Shown here: piece by piece, positions 58,468 to 64,000 of the stretch | Layout of the letters: each line of letters starts with the position of its first letter | How positions within the stretch are numbered: the first letter of the stretch is position 1 | Virus record (IMG/VR): IMGVR_UViG_3300033074_000580 | Span: 223,270 to 287,269 of that record | DNA: 64,000 bases | DNA from: a virus | Taxonomy: Duplodnaviria; Heunggongvirae; Uroviricota; Caudoviricetes | Direction: 5' to 3' (one strand) | The notes under the pieces: model-generated | The model's input: only the letters and a program-made list of their open reading frames with translations | Databases searched by the model: none | What the model was told of the DNA's origin: nothing | Position numbers and translations under genes: made by a program

Positions 58468-59226
58468 TTATTTTCCAAATCTTCTACTTTCTGATTGATA
58501 ATTCTGTAAAACTTCAGAAGCGGTTAAAACTCTATTATAATGTCTAAAAGTTGCCATTTGTCCAATCCATCTTGAATTTGTGTTTGCATGTCCTAAACCC
58601 CATCTACCTGTTGATGAGGGGTTTGAACTCGGTATTGCTGTTATTGAAACTGTTTGTCTTAATGTACCATTAAAATAAATTTTAGATTCAACACCTGAAT
58701 TCCACGTTACACAATAATGACCCCATACGTTTGTAGGGTGAGTCGACGACCAACTACCTATTGAATTATCATTACCACAACAACCTGAGGTGTTTCCTAA
58801 TCTAAAATATAAAGTACTACCAGCGCCGTATGGTCCTAACCACCACCAATCACTCGCATTTGCGGTATCATCCGAACGATTTATAAAAATACCAGTAGCG
58901 GCATCCCATGACGTAGGCCTCATCCAAAACTCACATGTACCGACTGATTTAGAAAAATTGGTTAGGGGTACTTGAATACCCGGTGAACCTGTTCCGGTAC
59001 TTGAATTGCTAAATGCACCTCCATATGTTGTAACGAAAGAATAATCACTTAATGTTGCATTATTACCGTTTCCTGTAAAATCTGTTATTGTTGTGCTACT
59101 ACCAGGATATGAATCCGCGATACCCGCATCATAATACCAAACCAATCCACTTGTAACAAATTTAGTCGAATTGTTTAGTTTTGCACTTAATGAAATTATT
59201 TGATTTCCGTTTATATCTACTGGCAT
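58468..59226 (-). CDS. LamG-like virion protein
   Basis: GLVWYYDAG...WGHYCVTWN...IYFNG...YNRVLTASEVLQNY. Confidence 0.85.
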   Translation of the reverse strand: MPVDINGNQIISLSAKLNNSTKFVTSGLVWYYDAGIADSYPGSSTTITDFTGNGNNATLSDYSFVTTYGGAFSNSSTGTGSPGIQVPLTNFSKSVGTCEFWMRPTSWDAATGIFINRSDDTANASDWWWLGPYGAGSTLYFRLGNTSGCCGNDNSIGSWSSTHPTNVWGHYCVTWNSGVESKIYFNGTLRQTVSITAIPSSNPSSTGRWGLGHANTNSRWIGQMATFRHYNRVLTASEVLQNYQSESRRFGK

Positions 59227-59232
59227 CCTTAA

Positions 59233-59541
59233 TTAGTTTATAAATTGTTCATTCCATTCGGAATTATGCATTATTTCATTTATTTCATCTACTGTTAATA
59301 TTTCCGATTTAGACGTCACATTATTTAAACAATTTGGGAGACTTCCTCTAAATTTTATAAATGTTTTTTCTCCATTAAGTGAATATCTTAACTCATCTTG
59401 ATTGTTATCAAATATTTCATTAAAGTCAATTTTATTCATTTCACTAACATCAAATATAACAAATGACATCGGATTATCAATTGTATTTGATTTAATAATT
59501 CTATCCGGATTTATTTCCGGAAAATCAAATTCTTCTAACAT
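59233..59541 (-). CDS. Conserved phage-type hypothetical protein
   Basis: IDFNE...LRYSLNGEKTFIKF...EW motif, typical of genes next to fibre/LamG genes. Confidence 0.65.
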   Translation of the reverse strand: MLEEFDFPEINPDRIIKSNTIDNPMSFVIFDVSEMNKIDFNEIFDNNQDELRYSLNGEKTFIKFRGSLPNCLNNVTSKSEILTVDEINEIMHNSEWNEQFIN

Positions 59542-59544
59542 ATA

Positions 59545-62500
59545 TTAAAGTTTTTTTGGTGGAGCTGTTAATGGGTCAACTTCCTGTAACATGAATTTAA
59601 ACACCTTATTTGTTTTATTATTATATAAGAATAAATCTTCTTCTCCTTCAACTATTGTGTAATCACCAATACCATTTGACATTGATAAGTCAGAAGTATA
59701 AACTGTACTCCAACGATTTGATGCACCACCTAAATCTTGGGAACCGTTTGTTCCGGGTATTAAATTACCCGCTCCCGTTATTTCAACGTCAGTCGAACCT
59801 CCTCTTTGAAATAATAATCTCGCAGTTGAATATGCTCTATTTATGTAGGCTATTTCACTACCAGCAATATCATAGGTAATAGCTAAATGACTACTTGTAC
59901 TTGGTCTACCGAATTTAGTTGTTGTTACAAATGTTGAATCATATGTATGTTTCATACCCATATGATATGTGTCATTATGGTCAACTAAAAATTGTCCGTT
60001 AACGGTTGTTGCATATGCTTGTAATGTACCGGCTTGGGTTGTATTACCCGAACCATCAACTTTCCATTGTATTGAACCTCCTCTAGCACCAATTACAAAG
60101 TGTCTAACCTCGGCAGAACCACTATCGGTTAGTCTACCTCTTTCAATGAAAATACCATTCGCAGTATCTGCCGAAGTATTATTTTGATTTACATATATTG
60201 AGGTTCTATTGTATGTACCTGTATTTGAGGTTCCTGTAAATTCAAATGGTGTTGTTGAACTCATCGTTAACGATGCGGAAGTTGAATTTCCTCTACTAGT
60301 TACGGTTTGTAATGTATCCGTTTCCGATGTGACAGCATATGAACCAATATTACCTGAATGTATGACAGGATATTCCGTTCCAGAACTATTAACCCATTTT
60401 AAAGTTCTACCTCTAAATTGATAATCTCCTGTATCGGTTGGCTCTCCCCAAAACACTTTTTTACCACTTTCATAATTATAAACCCCTGAATTGGTTGAAT
60501 CTGCACTAATATGTGGAATTCTCCAATAACCACTACTAACCGATACTTTGTAAGGTGGTGTGGTTATACCTGTATAATCACCGCCAGCATTACCATACAC
60601 CGATGTAAATAATAAAGTTCCTGTCATTGTATCACCAGCTTTCGCTACATACGCAGCCGCTGAAGGTGACGTACCTGAAGAACCGCTAGAACCAGATGTT
60701 CCACTAGAACCCGAATTTCCTGAAGAACCACTAGTACCTGAAGAACCTGAATTACCACTACTTCCTGAAGTACCACTACTTCCAGAAGAACCGGAAGTTC
60801 CAGATGAACCACTAGAACCTGAAGTACCAGATGAACCACTAGAACCCGAAGTACCACTTGTTCCTGAAGAACCACTAGACCCCGAAGTTCCTGAAGTACC
60901 ACCAGTACCTGAACTACCGCTAGTACCTGAAGAACCTGAACTTCCACTCGTACCTGAACTACCACTAGTTCCTGATGTACCACTAGTTCCCGATGTTGCT
61001 GCAGAATAAGACGTACCGTTAATTACAATATCTGAAGTTATTCTTAACGTACCTGTAATATTGGTATCAGAATCAATAGTTACTAATGTACCAGTATCGG
61101 TGATATTACTATCAAGTAAATGATGGTGACCGTGTGCTTTAGTTATTTTATTTTCAGTTAGATATGTTGGGGTTCCTTTTGTGTTAAATTCAGGACCAAA
61201 TAAAGCCACCGCATAATCCACCGTGGATGAACTATATTCATATGCCCAATCGTTTGTTAAACTATCAAAATAAAATGATGCAGTCGTGTTCGACCCAGAG
61301 TCAAAAACGTTTAATCCACCATATCTAACGGCGGGAGATGACGCATTAACGGATATAAAATTGTTCTGTACATTCAAATAAGACGCCGTCGAATAAACAA
61401 TTGAAGATGTACCAAGAACCATTAAATTGTCTGTTATTATTAACGAACCCGTTATTTCTGTATTTGAATTAACTTTAAATGTTGTACCATCGTATGTTAA
61501 GTTATCTTCAACTGTCACATTAGGAGAAGAACCATTTAAAGTTAAAAGACCATTATTTTGTACACCTGTCATTGTTACGGTACCACTACTTCCAGAGGAA
61601 CCGGATGTTCCGCTTGTTCCTGACGTACCTGCAGTACCAGAAGAACCTGAGGTTCCTGATGAACCACTTGAACCGGATGTACCGCTAGTACCTGAAGAAC
61701 CTGATGAACCACTTGTTCCCGAAGATCCACTTGAACCGGACGTACCTGATGTACCACTAGTTCCTGATGAACCCGATGTGCCGCTAGTTCCTGATGAACC
61801 TGAACTACCTGACGTTCCACTACTTCCTGAATTACCAGATGTTCCTGACGTACCACTAGTTCCTGACGTACCAGAAGTTCCAGATGAACCACTAGAACCT
61901 GAAGTACCACTAGTTCCAGATGAACCGTCACTACCAGACGTTCCACTGGTTCCTGAAGAACCGGATATTCCACTAGTCCCTGAAGACCCTGAACTACCCG
62001 AAGTTCCACTTGTTCCGGACGAACCTGAAGTACCACTAGTACCTGAAGTACCTGATGTTGCGGCAGAATATGATGTTCCGTTGATTATTAAATCGCCAGT
62101 TAATCTAACTGAACCAGTAACATCTAAATCATCGCCAACAATAACTTTAGTTCCACCTGAACTTCTAATTTTATTACCATCTTGTAATTGTAATGTTCCT
62201 CTTACATCAATTAAACCGGTTGTTGGGTCTAACAATAGATTACCCCCACCTGATGATTTTAATTGAATGTCGCCGTCAGCGGATTGTAAAGTAATGGTAT
62301 CAGTACCATCTTCTAAAATTTTAAAAGATTGACCATTATCTGTTGTAATTTGTAATTCTTGTGTTGTACTACCAAGAACTTTTGTACCATCAATATATAG
62401 TGATGCTGATGATAAATATAAATCTCTAAATTGATACGTTGGTGTTCCTAAATCAAAAACATTATTGTGAGTAGGAATAAGTGACCCACTAATATATTGG

Positions 62501-62916
62501 TCTCCTTTAAACGTATTAGAACCAGTTGTTGCAAAGGTACTCGAAATTGAATTAAATGATGACGTAAACGAATTAAAATTTGTAGTTAAATTAGTAATTG
62601 ACGAATTTTGATTACCGTCTAATATTACTTGAGATTGGGTATATGAATTAAATGTTGTTTCATCTAATTTACCAGTACCAATTGCACTACCATTCAATGT
62701 AATTGAACCCGTAATGTTTACACTACCTGTGAATTGATGGGTATCATCTGAGGAGTTACCAAAGATTGATGAACCTGATTCATATAGTATTGATGCAGTA
62801 GTAATTGACGCATGAAATTCGTCAACCGTTAGGGTTCCTCTTACACGTAAATCTTGTTCGATTTCCGCAGAGCCGGACACTTTAAGTCCGTTCTTAATTA
62901 TAAATTCGTTTGCCAT
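59545..62916 (-). CDS. Tail-fibre-like protein (1123 aa) with two Gly-(Ser/Thr)-Ser repeat blocks
   Basis: (SG[TS])n blocks; modules shared with the other two fibres; C-terminal RWSTVYTSDL...YTIVEGEEDLFLYNNKTNKVFKF. Confidence 0.75.
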   Translation of the reverse strand: MANEFIIKNGLKVSGSAEIEQDLRVRGTLTVDEFHASITTASILYESGSSIFGNSSDDTHQFTGSVNITGSITLNGSAIGTGKLDETTFNSYTQSQVILDGNQNSSITNLTTNFNSFTSSFNSISSTFATTGSNTFKGDQYISGSLIPTHNNVFDLGTPTYQFRDLYLSSASLYIDGTKVLGSTTQELQITTDNGQSFKILEDGTDTITLQSADGDIQLKSSGGGNLLLDPTTGLIDVRGTLQLQDGNKIRSSGGTKVIVGDDLDVTGSVRLTGDLIINGTSYSAATSGTSGTSGTSGSSGTSGTSGSSGSSGTSGISGSSGTSGTSGSDGSSGTSGTSGSSGSSGTSGTSGTSGTSGTSGNSGSSGTSGSSGSSGTSGTSGSSGTSGTSGTSGSSGSSGTSGSSGSSGTSGTSGSSGSSGTSGSSGTAGTSGTSGTSGSSGSSGTVTMTGVQNNGLLTLNGSSPNVTVEDNLTYDGTTFKVNSNTEITGSLIITDNLMVLGTSSIVYSTASYLNVQNNFISVNASSPAVRYGGLNVFDSGSNTTASFYFDSLTNDWAYEYSSSTVDYAVALFGPEFNTKGTPTYLTENKITKAHGHHHLLDSNITDTGTLVTIDSDTNITGTLRITSDIVINGTSYSAATSGTSGTSGTSGSSGTSGSSGSSGTSGSSGTGGTSGTSGSSGSSGTSGTSGSSGSSGTSGSSGSSGTSGSSGSSGTSGSSGNSGSSGTSGSSGNSGSSGTSGSSGSSGTSPSAAAYVAKAGDTMTGTLLFTSVYGNAGGDYTGITTPPYKVSVSSGYWRIPHISADSTNSGVYNYESGKKVFWGEPTDTGDYQFRGRTLKWVNSSGTEYPVIHSGNIGSYAVTSETDTLQTVTSRGNSTSASLTMSSTTPFEFTGTSNTGTYNRTSIYVNQNNTSADTANGIFIERGRLTDSGSAEVRHFVIGARGGSIQWKVDGSGNTTQAGTLQAYATTVNGQFLVDHNDTYHMGMKHTYDSTFVTTTKFGRPSTSSHLAITYDIAGSEIAYINRAYSTARLLFQRGGSTDVEITGAGNLIPGTNGSQDLGGASNRWSTVYTSDLSMSNGIGDYTIVEGEEDLFLYNNKTNKVFKFMLQEVDPLTAPPKKL
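60667..60993 (-). repeat. Gly-X-Y coding repeat block, about 36 triplets
   Basis: Gly register preserved. Confidence 0.95.
61579..62055 (-). repeat. Gly-X-Y coding repeat block, about 53 triplets
   Basis: Gly register preserved. Confidence 0.95.
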
Positions 62917-62952
62917 ATTTAATTAGTTTCACTATCCACTAATGTGTTACTA

Positions 62953-62960
62953 ATAAATAC
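62953..62960 (-). promoter_or_regulatory. GTATTTAT motif (candidate late promoter) upstream of the 1123-aa fibre gene
   Basis: In the 73-bp intergenic gap, about 37 nt upstream of the ATG. Confidence 0.5.
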
Positions 62961-62989
62961 CGAATTGATGAATTAAATTGAATTTAATT

Positions 62990-64000
62990 TTAAGAACACC
63001 CTAAGGCTCTATACATTGCTTCAATTGTCCACGTTCCTGATGTTACAACCGCATTTAAAACACCCGCATTTGAAACGGTAAATGTAACATTTGATGTATT
63101 CCCTAAATCTGCCGTGGATGTTTCAGTAAAACTACTATTGTAGTTATCCCAAACCGCCGATATAACCCCCGCTCTCATATTTCCACCACTCTTAACAACA
63201 TAATCAATGTTTGCTCCGTCATAACCTGTCATTGTGAATATTTGTGAAGTACCTGTTGATACTGTTACACATCTCGCATCAATCTTTGCGTTTTTAATAA
63301 GTTGTGAACCATTAAATGCGTTAGAACCTGTTGTTGCATAACCATAGTTATATACTTGAATACTACTACTAACAATTCCACTACCCGCAGTACTAATATT
63401 TGAGAAGTTAATTGACCCACTAATAATATGTCCACCCTTAGCAACATTCAAATGACCGGCAACAGGGGTTGTAAATCCAACTTCAATATTGTTTGAATCA
63501 ATAGACGTTACTCTATCTGGCATTATGATGTTTTTGTTAACATCATAAATTGTTACAATTGGGTAATCCGCACCCATATCATGTTGTAATGACCATGTTG
63601 TTGCAGATGTAAAGAATTGTGTCATTCCACCAGGACCTGTGCCTAATGAAGCAACTGCCTTTCCTGTTTGTGCAGATGGGAATGTAATTGTTGTTGTTGA
63701 ACTATCAACCATTATTACTTCAGATGGTATCATTACTTTACCATTTGAATCATACACTTGTACAATTGGATATCTTTGTCCTAAATTGTGATTAAAACTC
63801 CACGTAGCTGCCGCACTTGTTTGGTTTAATGTTGCATATCCACCATCACTAAGACCTGAACCACCACCAACACTTATTGAATTGATTCTATAGTCTAATG
63901 ATGAAGAAATTTCTGTTAAATCAAATGTTAATTCTTTAACATATCCATTACCATTCGTATCAACAGTTGATGATGAAATGTGTATTCCACCTAAACCAAT
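62990..64000 (-). CDS. Virion/tail protein, C-terminal part (5' truncated by window edge)
   Basis: The frame stays open to base 64000. Contains repeated TWS.NHNLG...YP.V.VYD modules also found at the end of the 1049-aa fibre. Confidence 0.75.
   Translation of the reverse strand: MGLGGIHISSSTVDTNGNGYVKELTFDLTEISSSLDYRINSISVGGGSGLSDGGYATLNQTSAAATWSFNHNLGQRYPIVQVYDSNGKVMIPSEVIMVDSSTTTITFPSAQTGKAVASLGTGPGGMTQFFTSATTWSLQHDMGADYPIVTIYDVNKNIIMPDRVTSIDSNNIEVGFTTPVAGHLNVAKGGHIISGSINFSNISTAGSGIVSSSIQVYNYGYATTGSNAFNGSQLIKNAKIDARCVTVSTGTSQIFTMTGYDGANIDYVVKSGGNMRAGVISAVWDNYNSSFTETSTADLGNTSNVTFTVSNAGVLNAVVTSGTWTIEAMYRALGCS

Larger units (their letters stand above)
1..64000. other. Segment of a large tailed-phage genome (virion fibre and modification region)
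   Basis: Fibre, LamG and glycine-rich virion-type genes; tight gene packing with ATGA overlaps; AT-rich; no housekeeping operons. No hallmark capsid or terminase gene in the window. Confidence 0.8.

Noticed and set aside
1-64000. CRISPR arrays, tRNA or rRNA genes, transposases, integrases
   Set aside because: No spacer-separated direct repeats, cloverleaf-like segments or recognisable motifs; intergenic gaps are mostly too short.

Overview
This is a very AT-rich, gene-dense window with many ATGA-type stop/start overlaps, no Shine-Dalgarno motifs and the standard genetic code. It is best explained as part of a large (jumbo-type) tailed phage genome, possibly infecting Bacteroidota. No capsid, terminase or polymerase gene lies in the window, so both phage and host are inferences. 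A plus-strand operon (1-6590: methyltransferases, glycosyltransferases, DegT aminotransferase, NAD epimerase) converges at a hairpin terminator with a long minus-strand block. That block interleaves virion-type genes with a dense modification arsenal. The virion-type genes are three giant fibre proteins carrying about 450 strict Gly-(Ser/Thr)-Ser triplets, four LamG proteins, a glycine-rich protein and two propeller-like paralogs. The arsenal comprises an Aah/TibC-like protein O-glycosyltransferase directly upstream of a fibre gene, about 9 firm and 3 putative glycosyltransferases, 7 methyltransferase domains, 9 radical SAM enzymes, 4 2OG-Fe(II) oxygenases, a U32 Fe-S protein, a carbamoyltransferase, APS kinase, 2 SGNH proteins and an ATP-grasp/tandem-Hint fusion. 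The leading hypothesis is a phage-encoded system that builds and decorates O-glycans on proline-free Gly-X-Y (collagen-register) virion fibres. DNA hypermodification or host-surface modification are the main alternatives. All family calls come from motif recognition by eye; no database searches were run.
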